Shown here piece by piece: positions 24,789 through 34,295 of a DNA stretch of 38,584 nt. Both the position numbers and the translations under genes were made by a program. Origin of the DNA: Smithellaceae bacterium (GTDB taxonomy: Bacteria > Desulfobacterota > Syntrophia > Syntrophales > CAMTWB01); the NCBI GenBank assembly GCA_034368785.1, contig JAXMLI010000209.1, positions 1 through 38,584 on the forward strand, in the 5' to 3' direction. The notes beneath the pieces are model-generated. The model searched no databases. It was given only the letters and a program-made list of their open reading frames with translations, and was not told the origin of the DNA. How positions within the stretch are numbered: position 1 is the first letter of the stretch; the number at the start of each line of letters is the position of its first letter.

Positions 24789-25540
24789 GGGGTCAGTGGG
24801 TCAAAGGTCGGGACGGGCCTCTGGCGCATGTCCGAGGCCAGACAAAAAATGCCTGGGCGGTGATGCTCGATGGCGCCTGTGTCCTCAGCTGTTGTCAGAG
24901 TAACTTGCATTATGCCCGTTTCGTTCGCGGGCGGAATACTCTTCAATGTAACGTTCTCCGCTCACGGAACAGCGGGTTCCCGGGATCGGCGATGATGTTA
25001 ATAGCAGAAGCTGCTTATATCTGCGGGGCCGCGTCGAAATGCAGAAAGAGCCTCGGATACATTGGTCTCACCCCCCTAAGTTATTTCACAATAAGGCCAT
25101 GCCGATATATCCCTGAAGAACAACAGCTACAAGCCCGCACCATAACCATTCGAGCGAGTTCATTGAATACGGTTCGAAAGGTGCGAAGGATTGGCAGTTG
25201 ATTGTTGGGTCGTCTAAAATGCGTCTTTCTTCCTGTACTACACAACCAGCCGATACCAGGAAAAACTGCTGATTTCTTTTGGCAATGATCACCTTTATCG
25301 AGATCCGATTACTCCTAGGATGAAGACATCCAATCATGATGCCCTCGTAATAAGTCCTCATTTCCGCGCAGGCGGTAATCCAGGAAGTAGGTAACTTCCT
25401 ATTGTGTGCTACAAAACCGGACAGTCCATTTGCTTCTAAAGCTGTGATAAAATAAACTTGACAAAAAGGACTCCTTCCCTGTAGATCTCTGAGGGCGACG
25501 AAAAGAATGCGCTTACGCGTAAATTTGAGGAGGTAAAGAA

Positions 25541-26356
25541 ATGGGATTATCGCGAAGAGATCTGATGAAAAAGGCAGGCTTGGTGGCAGCGGCGGGCGGA
25601 TTTGCCGGGTTATCGCTTTCCCTGGCCAATAACGCCATCGGTTCGATGCAGGGACAGCAGAACCAAATACCCAATCTCCCCTGGCCCTACAAAAAACTCG
25701 ACCCCATAGCCGTTGCCGAAGATGGCTACACGGGATACTACAAGGGGGCGTGTTCCTATGGGGTGTTCGAATCGATCATCGGTCCGCTGCGGAAAGAGAT
25801 CGGATTCCCCTATACGATGATGCCCTCGGAACTCGTGGTTGTGGGACAGGGAGGAACGGCTGACACGGCATCTCTGTGCGGGGCGCTGAGCGGGGCGGCC
25901 GCTGCCATTTTTTTGGTGACCGGCGGCATGGATCGGAAACTGAGGGAGGTGGCCTACGCCATCATCCAGGATGTATTCCTTCAGTATGAGCAGACTGCGC
26001 TCCCGGATTACAGACCGAAGAACCCCAAATTTGAGATCGTCAAATCCGTCTCCGGCTCCAATCTCTGTCACATTTCGGTTTCCAAGTGGTGCAAGGAATC
26101 GAATTTCAAGTCTTTTTCCAAGGAACGGTCGGACCGCTGCGGCTGGATCACCGCCTCGGTGGCCAAGCACACTGCGGAGGCTCTCAATAAACACGCCGAC
26201 GGGAAATTCAAGGCGGCATATCCCCTTTCCGCTACCGCCCAGTCGTGCAGGAGCTGCCATGACAAAGGCAGCAAGTTAGAAAACACCAGAGGGATAACCG
26301 ATTGCGGCGGCTGCCACTTCACCCCGAAGAGCAAAAAAGATCACCCAAAAATTTAA
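25541..26356 (+). CDS. Tat-exported C_GCAxxG_C_C-family redox protein with two C-terminal CxxCH haem motifs (split-Soret cytochrome c-like)
   Basis: Twin-arginine signal (LSRRDLMKKAG). GACSYG...SLCGALSGAA motif. CRSCH and CGGCH lie near the C-terminus. SD GAGGAGG. Confidence 0.7.
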   Translation: MGLSRRDLMKKAGLVAAAGGFAGLSLSLANNAIGSMQGQQNQIPNLPWPYKKLDPIAVAEDGYTGYYKGACSYGVFESIIGPLRKEIGFPYTMMPSELVVVGQGGTADTASLCGALSGAAAAIFLVTGGMDRKLREVAYAIIQDVFLQYEQTALPDYRPKNPKFEIVKSVSGSNLCHISVSKWCKESNFKSFSKERSDRCGWITASVAKHTAEALNKHADGKFKAAYPLSATAQSCRSCHDKGSKLENTRGITDCGGCHFTPKSKKDHPKI

Positions 26357-26375
26357 GGTGTCAAGAAAGAGAGAA

Positions 26376-26427
26376 GAGGCCCCCTTCGCCCCCTTCGATT
26401 TCGGGGTGCGGGGGGCCTCTTTTTTTA
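26376..26427 (+). terminator. Rho-independent terminator
   Basis: GAGGCCCCC (26376-26384) pairs with GGGGGCCTC (26411-26419). An inner GCCCC/GGGGT stem is present. The hairpin is followed by TTTTTTT. Confidence 0.7.
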
Positions 26428-27099
26428 TCTGCCGGCTTATCGCGACGTCTCCTCCCCTTGTGCTTGCAGCGGTATTATACCGGATCAACTGCCCAGGGAA
26501 ATTCGCAGCAGTTTTTTTAAATTGAACCCATCGAGGAGATAGAAACACCGAGGGGGGACCGGTTGCTGTTTTCCCGACCGGGCCCTAGATCGTTTTGCCG
26601 GGCTCATTTGGGCCACGAAAAAGAGAAGGGAAGGCTGGAAAACAGCTTCGATAATTGAATATCCTTTTGAAAATGAAAAAACCCATTGCCCCTTGACAAC
26701 CAGCCAGGTGCGGCTTCAGAGAATAGAACTTTCAGACCCCGAGAGACCGAACCATCCTCCCACACACCAGCCACCCAACCCCCGGATATATCGCACTAGT
26801 CTGACGCCATGGCCGTAATTACAATGGCCTTGTCGGTGAAGGCATAGTCGAGCAATAGCTCATCCGGTTTCAGTTTTAGGTAGGTAATGTTGAAATCCGA
26901 GATTCCCTTCTTAGTTATTCCTGTCAGCTTCAGTACGCCTGGTAATCATCAGGGTTTTTCTCTCATTAATTCTAATGCTTTGTAGGTGTTACCAATAGCC
27001 GGCGTATTCATTTTTTCTTCGATCATTCCTACGCAGTACGGATTGAAATTTGCCACACAAACGCATCGGCCAAAAATCTCGCTCCCTGTAAGGAACTGC

Positions 27100-28152
27100 C
27101 TATCCCCTTGTTATTATTTTTTCCAGATTAGTTGCCCGGACGCCGATCAATCTTACGCGCTGGTTTAATTCAACCCGCTTCAGACAGGCGAAAGCCGCTT
27201 TTCGGATATCCTCTTCTGCATTGGCGGCATTCTCCAGGGAACAGGCCCGGGTGATGGTCTGGAAATCGCTGAAACGAATCTTCAGCGTGACGGTCCTGGC
27301 GCGGTAGCCTTTATTGGTGAGATCTGAAACAACCTCTTTCGTGAGTTCCGCGATGGTTCTGGCGATGATCTGCCAGTTTTTCACATCTTCCTGAAATGTC
27401 GTCTCCCGGCTGAATGATTTCGGCTCCCGGTGCGTCACCAGGGGACATTCGTCCAGGCCTCTCGCCGCCTCATAAAGGTAATGTCCATAGGAAGGGCCGA
27501 AACGGGTGAGGAGAATCTCCAGGGGCAAGGCCGCCAACTGTCCGATGGTCTCAATATTCATCGCCTTGAGATGTCCTTCCGTCTTTGGTCCGATCCCGTA
27601 TAACTTTCTGATGGGCAGGGGCCATAAGCTGCCCTCGATGTCCTCTTCCGTAATAACGACAAGACCATCGGGCTTCTTAAGATCTGAAGCAATCTTTGCC
27701 AGCAGCTTATTCGGGGCGATGCCGATGGAGCAGGTCAATCCGGTTTTTTCAAGAATGCCGGTCTTGATCTTATCCACAAGGACATCATTGGCATCCGGCT
27801 CAGCGGATAAATCCAGGTATGCCTCATCGATGCCCACATCCTCCAGGAGCGAGGTGATCTCCCTCAGCACCGTTTTGAACTGGCGGGAGACCGCTTCGTA
27901 GGCCTCATAATCAACGGGCAGGAATACCGCCTGAGGACAAAGTTTATGGGCCGTCCTCAAAGGCAGGGCCGAGTGGATGCCGTATTTTCTGGCCTCGTAA
28001 TTGGCCGTAGAGACAACGCCTCTTTTTGACGGATCTCCCCCGCCGCCAATGACCACGGGCCTTCCTTTCAGCGCCGGATTCCTTTTTTCTTCCACGGCGG
28101 CAAAAAAGGCATCCATGTCGATATGCAATATTCTCCTCATGGGGGAGAGCAT
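27100..28152 (-). CDS. dinB: DNA polymerase IV (Y-family translesion polymerase)
   Basis: ILHIDMDAFFAAVE, VVSTANYEARKYGI and the little-finger region are typical of DinB. The alternative start at 28140 (MRRILHID) is the more likely one. Confidence 0.92.
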   Translation of the reverse strand: MLSPMRRILHIDMDAFFAAVEEKRNPALKGRPVVIGGGGDPSKRGVVSTANYEARKYGIHSALPLRTAHKLCPQAVFLPVDYEAYEAVSRQFKTVLREITSLLEDVGIDEAYLDLSAEPDANDVLVDKIKTGILEKTGLTCSIGIAPNKLLAKIASDLKKPDGLVVITEEDIEGSLWPLPIRKLYGIGPKTEGHLKAMNIETIGQLAALPLEILLTRFGPSYGHYLYEAARGLDECPLVTHREPKSFSRETTFQEDVKNWQIIARTIAELTKEVVSDLTNKGYRARTVTLKIRFSDFQTITRACSLENAANAEEDIRKAAFACLKRVELNQRVRLIGVRATNLEKIITRG

Positions 28153-28220
28153 AAAGATAAATCGGGATTATTACAAGGGGGCGGCGCTCAGAAAGTGAGG
28201 GAGGGACAATCTTGGGGTAC

Positions 28221-28410
28221 CATTCTAAGTAACTCGACCATAAGTACTTGAAATTGTGCAAGTACATTTTTTTGGAGGGACGCGCTCCGTCGCGTCCGTG
28301 GCAGGTAGTGCAATATTCAAAGCCGTTCGGCCACGACGGAGCGTGGCCCTCCAAAATTCAAAGGCAAGTTACTCGTCGATGTGGGGCCGCAGGCGGTGTG
28401 GGTCGCTTTT
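28221..28410. repeat. Second, inverted copy of the ~175-nt structured repeat module (truncated MITE)
   Basis: About 90% identical to the reverse complement of 8400-8575, with a central ~100 nt identical. The left hairpin and TIR are missing. The degenerate right TIR supplies the last codons and the stop of yaiI. Confidence 0.7.
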
Positions 28411-28871
28411 CAGGTCCTTTCCTCCTTCAACCGGCGGATCAGGAAACGATCGAGCTGGTCGGCAAAGGCCTGGCAGTCCTTCTTGTCGAAGGCCGACGGT
28501 CCGCCAGTCATCAGGCCGCCGTCCCGCAATTCGCTCAGGAGATCCCGCAGGGCCAGGCGGTCCTTGACGTTCTCCTCCGTGTAGAGCTTGCCCCGGGGGT
28601 TCAGGGCGAAGGCGCCCTTGGAGACGACCCGGTCCGCCAGCGGGATGTCGGCCGTAATCACCAAATCGCCCGGTTCTGTTAACCCCACGATGCGGTCATC
28701 GGCGATGTCCGGCCCCTCGGGGACGAGAAGGCTCGAAATCAGAGGCGAAGGCCCCTTGCGGAGGGGCTTGTTGGCCACGAAGACGACGGGCAGGCCCAGG
28801 CGCAGGGCGGCCCGGACCAGAATCTCCTTCGCCGCCCCGGGAAATCCATCCGCATCAACGTATATCTTCAT
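28410..28871 (-). CDS. yaiI: YaiI/YqxD-family protein (UPF0178/DUF188)
   Basis: MKIYVDADGFPGAAKEIL...VVFVANKPL...VTADIPLADR matches the UPF0178 family pattern. Confidence 0.8.
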   Translation of the reverse strand: MKIYVDADGFPGAAKEILVRAALRLGLPVVFVANKPLRKGPSPLISSLLVPEGPDIADDRIVGLTEPGDLVITADIPLADRVVSKGAFALNPRGKLYTEENVKDRLALRDLLSELRDGGLMTGGPSAFDKKDCQAFADQLDRFLIRRLKEERT

Positions 28872-29074
28872 GAAGGTGCTTTCCGCGGAAAAACAAAGAC
28901 GCCCTTCAGTCGCCCAAAATCTCTTTCACCCGGCCGCCGCCCTCCGGGCGCACCTGGATGCCGTGGATGGGGAAGGATATTGCCGGATGAGCCAGAGGGT
29001 AAAAACAGTTGACTTAGTCCAGCGCCTTAGTTTATGGGGTGAGAAAAAGCACGAATTAACTAGAGGAACGTCCT

Positions 29075-29302
29075 ATGGCGGATATTGTCAATGTCCATGA
29101 AGCAAAGACCCATTTGTCACGCCTGCTGGAAGAGGTAAAGCAGGGCCGGGAAATCATTCTGGCCAAATCAGGAACGCCCGTCGCCCGACTGGTACCCTAC
29201 GAGGCCATAAAGGCGCGCATCCCGGGGATGGCGGAAGGGGCATTTGACGAATCATTTTTTGATCCCCTGCCGGAAGAGGAACTGGCGGCCTGGGGGCAGT
29301 GA
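29075..29302 (+). CDS. Type II antitoxin, Phd/YefM family
   Basis: 75 aa. VNVHEAKTHLSRLLEEVKQGREIILAKSGTPVARLVP is the canonical Phd/YefM N-terminus. It lies 6 nt upstream of a PIN toxin gene. Confidence 0.85.
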   Translation: MADIVNVHEAKTHLSRLLEEVKQGREIILAKSGTPVARLVPYEAIKARIPGMAEGAFDESFFDPLPEEELAAWGQ

Positions 29303-29308
29303 CGAAAG

Positions 29309-29701
29309 ATGGCAAGCCGCTTTCTCCTGGATACGCATGTGCTTCTTTGGTGGCTGTTCGATGACCCCAGGCTCTCCGAGGGGGCCCGCAAAATTATTGG
29401 CGATCCCGAGTCGGTCATCCTGGTCAGCAGCGCCTCGGTCTGGGAGATCTCCACCAAGTACCGCCTGGGTAAACTGCCCCAGGCGGCAGATGTGGTTAAA
29501 AATCTTCCCGTATTGCTCAGTCGTTCCCGGATGACGGTTCTGGAAATCTCCCAGGAACAAGCCCTGGCAGCAGGATCTCTCGCCGGCCTGCATCGTGATC
29601 CCTTTGATCGAATGCTCATTGCCCAGGCGCAAGGGGAAGATATTCCGATCATCACCACAGATTCGGCATTCCAACAATATCCCGTCAAAATCTGTTGGTA
29701 A
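29309..29701 (+). CDS. vapC: Type II toxin, PIN-domain VapC family
   Basis: 130 aa. Contains FLLDTHVLLW, SSASVWEIS and DPFDRMLIAQA, the acidic PIN residues. Confidence 0.85.
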   Translation: MASRFLLDTHVLLWWLFDDPRLSEGARKIIGDPESVILVSSASVWEISTKYRLGKLPQAADVVKNLPVLLSRSRMTVLEISQEQALAAGSLAGLHRDPFDRMLIAQAQGEDIPIITTDSAFQQYPVKICW

Positions 29702-29981
29702 TTGGCGAGAGGGGGAACAGGCTTGGGGAATGCCGGGGACGTACCGCTTATTTTCTAAATGGCGCGTCAAAAGCGAGCCTTCCCACCCCTCCGTAATCCT
29801 CGCCCCTCTGTCATTTCTCTCGTGCGGGATGACGATTTTTTCTGAAATCGCTATCCTCATCACACCACGCGCATGGTCTGGTGGTTAAATCTTGCCGATT
29901 AAACTACCAGGGCGCCACCATGATAAATCGTGGTTCAGATGATACGCAAAGGCGATGCCGTTCAAGAAAGCATTTTTCCCC

Positions 29982-30027
29982 TTGACAATGACCGCTCGCA
30001 TGTTAAGATAGTAATCAATTACTATCT
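29982..30027 (+). promoter_or_regulatory. Sigma-70-type promoter with overlapping palindromic (TetR-type) operator
   Basis: TTGACA (29982-29987), a 16-nt spacer, then TAAGAT (30004-30009). A perfect inverted repeat AGATAGTAAT-ca-ATTACTATCT (30006-30027) overlaps the -10, about 20 nt before the tetR ATG. Confidence 0.7.
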
Positions 30028-30046
30028 TTTATCTCCGGGGTGTCTT

Positions 30047-30655
30047 ATGCACATTAACTCGAAACATCTGCCTGCGGATGAGCGACGAGCGGTCATTGTC
30101 GCTGCCGTGCTGGACCTCGCCGCCGAGCAGAACCCGAGCGAGATCACCACGGCGGCAATCGCCAAACGGATGAATCTGACCCAGGGCGCCCTGTTTCGAC
30201 ATTTTCCCAGCAAGGACGCCATTTGGCAGGCGGTTATGGAATGGGTGGCGGACCAACTGCTTACCAGGGTAGAAGAGGCGGCAAGAGATGCAGCAACGCC
30301 TTTGGCGGGACTTGAGGCCATGTTCCTGGCGCACACTGCTTTTGTCGTTGCCCATCCCGGGGTCCCCCGTATGATGTTCGGCGAGCTGCAACGGGCGGAA
30401 GATACTGCGGCCAAGGCGATGGCGCGCACCTTGATAGGACGTTACGGTGAGCGCCTGGTCAGCCTGATTGACCGGGGGAAGATGCAAGGCGAACTGGCTG
30501 CCGAAATTGATTCCGCCGCGGCGGCGGCTCTCTTCATCGGGATGATCCAGGGATTGGTTATGCAATCCCTGCTTGCCGGGGAACCCAATCGCATGCACGA
30601 TGAGGCGCCGCGTGTCTTTGCTATCTACCTGCGTGGTGTCGGGAGGGTCAAATGA
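30047..30655 (+). CDS. TetR/AcrR-family transcriptional repressor
   Basis: HTH region ITTAAIAKRMNLTQGALFRHFPSKDAIW. ~200 aa from ATG 30047. The ORF track starts upstream at 29930. Confidence 0.88.
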   Translation: MHINSKHLPADERRAVIVAAVLDLAAEQNPSEITTAAIAKRMNLTQGALFRHFPSKDAIWQAVMEWVADQLLTRVEEAARDAATPLAGLEAMFLAHTAFVVAHPGVPRMMFGELQRAEDTAAKAMARTLIGRYGERLVSLIDRGKMQGELAAEIDSAAAAALFIGMIQGLVMQSLLAGEPNRMHDEAPRVFAIYLRGVGRVK

Positions 30656-31845
30656 GGCGCTTTTTTCGCAATACCCGGATCATCGCGCTGGTCGCGGCAA
30701 TGGCGCCGCTCCTGGCGGTTTTCCTCTATGTGGCCGTTCGCTCCGGGCCATTCGCCCCCGTTTCTGTGACGGTGACCAGGGTCGAAAGTCAACCTGTTTC
30801 GGTGTCTTTGTTCGGTATCGGCCGCGTTGAGGCGCGTTACTCCTACCGCATCGGTCCGACGGCAGCCGGCCGCGTCAAGCAGGTTTATGCGCAGGTGGGA
30901 GATAGGGTCGGCGCCGGCCAGCTGCTGGCGGAGATGGATCCCGTGGATCTGGATGAACGGGTCGCGGCGCAGGAAGCGGCGATCAAACGTGCGGAAGCCC
31001 AGGTGTTGTCGGCGAAGGCTCAAGTGCAGGATTCATCGGTTCGCGCCGCCTTCGCCGAGTCACAGGTGCGCCGCTACACCCAACTCTTGCAGATACGCTC
31101 CGTCAGCGAGGAGACCCTTGCCGGCAAGCGACAGGAAAGCCAGGTCGCACAAGCCGGTCTCGCCGCCATGAACGCCAACCTGGACGCTGCAGAGCAGGAA
31201 CTTGCGAGGCTGCGGGCCGACCGCGGGGCGATTGTCCAGCAGCGCGCCAATCTACTTCTCCGCGCGCCGGTAAAGGGTCTGGTGGTCGCCCGCGATGCTG
31301 AACCCGGAACCGCAGTCGCAGGAGGGCAGAAGGTGTTGGAGGTTGTCGATCCCGTAAGCATCTGGATCAATGTACGTTTCGACCAGTCGCGCGCCTCGGG
31401 TTTGCGCGCCGGGTTGCCCGCTATCATCCTGCTGCGCTCGCAAACACAGGAAAGAATCACAGGCCGGGTGGCGCGCGTGGAACCCCTGGCGGATGCCGTG
31501 ACGGAGGAAGTCCTGGCCAAGGTCATTTTTGATCAACTGCCGGCTTTGTTGCCTCCGATTGGTGAATTGGCCGAGGTTACGCTGTCGCTGCCCGAGTTGG
31601 CGGCGGCGCCCGTGATACCAAATGCCAGTCTCAAGCGTTTGGCCGGGAAAAGCGGGGTGTGGCTGGTCGAAAAGGAGAAGCTTAAGTTCGCGCCTGTTCG
31701 CGTGGGGGCCTCCGATCTCGACGGCAGAGTCCAGATTCTGGAGGGACTCAAGGCGGGCGACCGGGTGGTGGTTTACAGCCAGCGCGAACTCCAGGAGCGC
31801 AGCCGCATCAAGATCGTCGATCGTTTGACGGAGGTTGCGCCGTGA
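30652..31845 (+). CDS. Periplasmic adaptor (membrane fusion protein), HlyD/DevB/MacA type
   Basis: N-terminal TM anchor, lipoyl/hairpin coiled-coil (AAQEAAIKRAEAQV...) and beta-barrel segments. ATGA overlap with tetR. Confidence 0.88.
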   Translation: MRRFFRNTRIIALVAAMAPLLAVFLYVAVRSGPFAPVSVTVTRVESQPVSVSLFGIGRVEARYSYRIGPTAAGRVKQVYAQVGDRVGAGQLLAEMDPVDLDERVAAQEAAIKRAEAQVLSAKAQVQDSSVRAAFAESQVRRYTQLLQIRSVSEETLAGKRQESQVAQAGLAAMNANLDAAEQELARLRADRGAIVQQRANLLLRAPVKGLVVARDAEPGTAVAGGQKVLEVVDPVSIWINVRFDQSRASGLRAGLPAIILLRSQTQERITGRVARVEPLADAVTEEVLAKVIFDQLPALLPPIGELAEVTLSLPELAAAPVIPNASLKRLAGKSGVWLVEKEKLKFAPVRVGASDLDGRVQILEGLKAGDRVVVYSQRELQERSRIKIVDRLTEVAP

Positions 31846-33026
31846 TCAGTCTGGCTGGCCGGGACATCCTCCATGCCTGGGGCAAGTTTGTTTTGACCGG
31901 CGTCGGGTTGGGGTTGCTGATTGGCGTGACCTTGATCATGGCCGGGGTTTACCGCGGCATGGTGGACGATGCCAAGGTGCTGCTCAACAACAGCGGTGCG
32001 GACCTCTGGGTGGTGCAGAAGGACACCTTGGGCCCCTATGCCGAGCCGTCAAGCATTTACGATGACACTTACCGCAGCATCCTCGGCATGCCCGGGGTAG
32101 CCCGTGCCGCCAATATAACCTACCTCACCATGCAGGTGCGCCAGGGCGATCGCGACGTCCGCGCCATGGTGGTCGGCATCGTACCGGATGGCCCGGGTGA
32201 ACCGGGTTATCTGGTCGCGGGGCGTCGGATCACCCGCAGCCACTATGAGGCGGTGGCCGATGTCGCCACGGGATTCAAACTCGAAGACCGTATTCAGATC
32301 CGTCGCAACGACTACCGAGTGGTTGGGCTGACCAGGCGCATGGTGTCCTCAGGCGGCGATCCCATGGTCTTTATTCCCCTCAAGGACGCGCAAGGGGCGC
32401 AATTTCTGAAAGACAATGACGCCATCCTCGACCAGCGCCGCCGCACCGCGGCTAGTCCGGCCTTAAACAGCCCCGGCGTCCTCGATGCCGTTATCAACTC
32501 TCAGAGCGTCAACCCCTATGTCAATGCCGTACTCGTACAGATCAAGCCCGGTGAAACCCCCGAGGATGTGGCAGAACACATCCGGCGCTGGAAACGCCTG
32601 CAGGTTTACACGCGGGCGCAGATGGAGGATATCCTGGTGGCCAAGCTGATCGCCACTTCGGCCAAACAGATCGGCATGTTCCTGGTGATTCTCGCCATCG
32701 TCAGCGCGGCGATCGTCGCTTTCATCATCTATACCCTGACCCTGGGCAAGATTCGTGAAATCGCCGTCCTGAAACTGATCGGGACGCGCAATCGCACTAT
32801 CGCCGGCATGATTATGCAGCAGGCATTGGCCCTGGGTCTCATCGGTTTCGTGGTGGGCAAGATCGCTGCCACCTTCTGGGCGCCCATGTTTCCCAAATAT
32901 GTCCTGCTCGAACCGGGGGATGCTGCACGAGGATTCATCGCCGTAATGGTCATCTGCGTCCTGGCCAGCTTGCTGGCCATTCAGGCCGCCCTCAAGGTGG
33001 ACCCCGCGGAGGCGATCGGTGGCTGA
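31842..33026 (+). CDS. ABC exporter permease, FtsX/DevC/MacB type
   Basis: N-terminal TM, a large periplasmic domain, then three C-terminal TM helices of FtsX-like topology. Overlaps the adaptor gene by 4 nt. Confidence 0.85.
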   Translation: MISLAGRDILHAWGKFVLTGVGLGLLIGVTLIMAGVYRGMVDDAKVLLNNSGADLWVVQKDTLGPYAEPSSIYDDTYRSILGMPGVARAANITYLTMQVRQGDRDVRAMVVGIVPDGPGEPGYLVAGRRITRSHYEAVADVATGFKLEDRIQIRRNDYRVVGLTRRMVSSGGDPMVFIPLKDAQGAQFLKDNDAILDQRRRTAASPALNSPGVLDAVINSQSVNPYVNAVLVQIKPGETPEDVAEHIRRWKRLQVYTRAQMEDILVAKLIATSAKQIGMFLVILAIVSAAIVAFIIYTLTLGKIREIAVLKLIGTRNRTIAGMIMQQALALGLIGFVVGKIAATFWAPMFPKYVLLEPGDAARGFIAVMVICVLASLLAIQAALKVDPAEAIGG

Positions 33027-33027
33027 G

Positions 33028-33738
33028 ATGCAAGGCAAGGGTATCCTCATCGAGGGTCTGCGCAAGCGCTACGGCACGGGCGAGACCGCAGTTGACGCGC
33101 TCAAGGAAGTGAACATGCACGTTGCCGCGGGCGAGGTGGTGGGTCTCATTGGTCCCTCGGGGTCGGGCAAGAGTACCCTGCTCAAATGTCTCGGCGCGAT
33201 AATCGAACCTACCGCCGGACGGATGACCCTGGGCAGCGACCTGATTTACGAGGACAAGTGGCAGATCAAGGATTTGCGCGCCCTCCGGCGCGACAAGATC
33301 GGTTTTGTCTTCCAGGCGCCATATCTGATTCCCTTTCTCGATGTGACCGACAATGTTGCACTGTTGCCCATGTTGGCCGGATTGTCCAATGCCGAATCGC
33401 GCCGCCACGCCCTGGAGATGCTCCAGGCGTTGGATGTGGCTCATCGCGCCCGGGCCATGCCGTCGCAGCTTTCCGGGGGCGAGCAGCAGCGCGTTTCGAT
33501 TGCCCGCGCCCTGGTGAACAGGCCGCCGGTGGTGCTTGCCGACGAACCGACGGCGCCTCTGGATAGTGAACGGGCCCTCGCCGTGATCCGCATCCTCAAC
33601 AGGATGGCGCAGCAGTACGAAACGGCCATTATCGTCGTGACCCATGATGAAAAGATCATCCCGACCTTCAAGCGGATCTACAACATCCGCGATGGCCACA
33701 CCCTGGAAGAGACCGGGGAGGGACGGGCGTTTGAGTAG
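33028..33738 (+). CDS. ABC exporter ATP-binding protein (DevA/MacB-NBD/LolD-like)
   Basis: GPSGSGKST, LSGGEQQRVSIARAL and VLADEPTAPLD. ATG 33028 lies 1 nt after the permease stop. The track's GTG at 33019 is also possible. Confidence 0.9.
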   Translation: MQGKGILIEGLRKRYGTGETAVDALKEVNMHVAAGEVVGLIGPSGSGKSTLLKCLGAIIEPTAGRMTLGSDLIYEDKWQIKDLRALRRDKIGFVFQAPYLIPFLDVTDNVALLPMLAGLSNAESRRHALEMLQALDVAHRARAMPSQLSGGEQQRVSIARALVNRPPVVLADEPTAPLDSERALAVIRILNRMAQQYETAIIVVTHDEKIIPTFKRIYNIRDGHTLEETGEGRAFE

Positions 33739-33804
33739 GGGCACGGCCTGCCGTGCCCTGCAGCCTCAATAACCTGAGCAGTTACAAGCAAAGGAGCGAA
33801 GATC

Positions 33805-34206
33805 ATGAATCGAACCTGGACCATGAAATGGCTGGCGATTGCCGCAATCGTGTTTGGTCTCGCGACCGTCTTGAGCGGCGGTCGGGCCTTGTTCGGCAGT
33901 ATGGAATCCCGTGCCGCTCTGGGCAATACGGTTTCCTTTGTACTCTGGTTCAATTTTCTTGCCGGCTTTATTTACACCCTGGCCGGGGCGGGCCTGCTGC
34001 TTCGCCGGCGCTGGGCCGTCTATGCCTCGCTGTTTGTCGCGGTTTCCACGGTCTTCGTTTTTGCGGCCTTTGGCGTTCACATTATGGGCGGCGGGGCATT
34101 CGAGATGCGAACCATGGGCGCCATGATGATTAGATCGATATTCTGGATTGCCGTGGCGATTGTCTCGCTGCGTGCGCTGGAAAGGCCTCCGGTTTCGGGG
34201 CCGTAG
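33805..34206 (+). CDS. Small integral membrane protein (4 predicted TM), unknown function
   Basis: 133 aa and strongly hydrophobic. It sits between the ATPase and the outer-membrane factor genes. Confidence 0.55.
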   Translation: MNRTWTMKWLAIAAIVFGLATVLSGGRALFGSMESRAALGNTVSFVLWFNFLAGFIYTLAGAGLLLRRRWAVYASLFVAVSTVFVFAAFGVHIMGGGAFEMRTMGAMMIRSIFWIAVAIVSLRALERPPVSGP

Positions 34207-34227
34207 GTTTATTTGACATAACTACTC

Positions 34228-34280
34228 GGGTTCACGGTTAAACAGTGAACAGTGAACAGTGAACCAGATAACCTGTTATC
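34228..34280. repeat. REP-like module plus 3x AGTGAAC tandem and a short palindrome
   Basis: GGGTTCACGGTTAAAC is the same 16-mer as at 8672. Three perfect AGTGAAC units occupy 34244-34264. GATAAC-ct-GTTATC (34267-34280) lies 16 nt before the ATG. Confidence 0.6.
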
Positions 34281-34295
34281 ACCAGGGAAAGACCA

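Noticed and set aside
24860-25361. ORFs 24860..25201+ and 25086..25361- in the AT-richer spacer before the cytochrome gene
   Set aside because: They have no recognisable motifs or SD, they overlap each other, and their composition is atypical. The region was left as an unannotated spacer, possibly regulatory or a decayed gene.
8576-28236. Inverted 175-nt repeats as the ends of a 20-kb composite transposon or island
   Set aside because: There is no transposase, integrase or tRNA at either end. The repeat belongs to a multi-copy MITE family. The enclosed genes look like core anaerobic metabolism. Recombination-mediated inversion remains possible and is reported as a finding.
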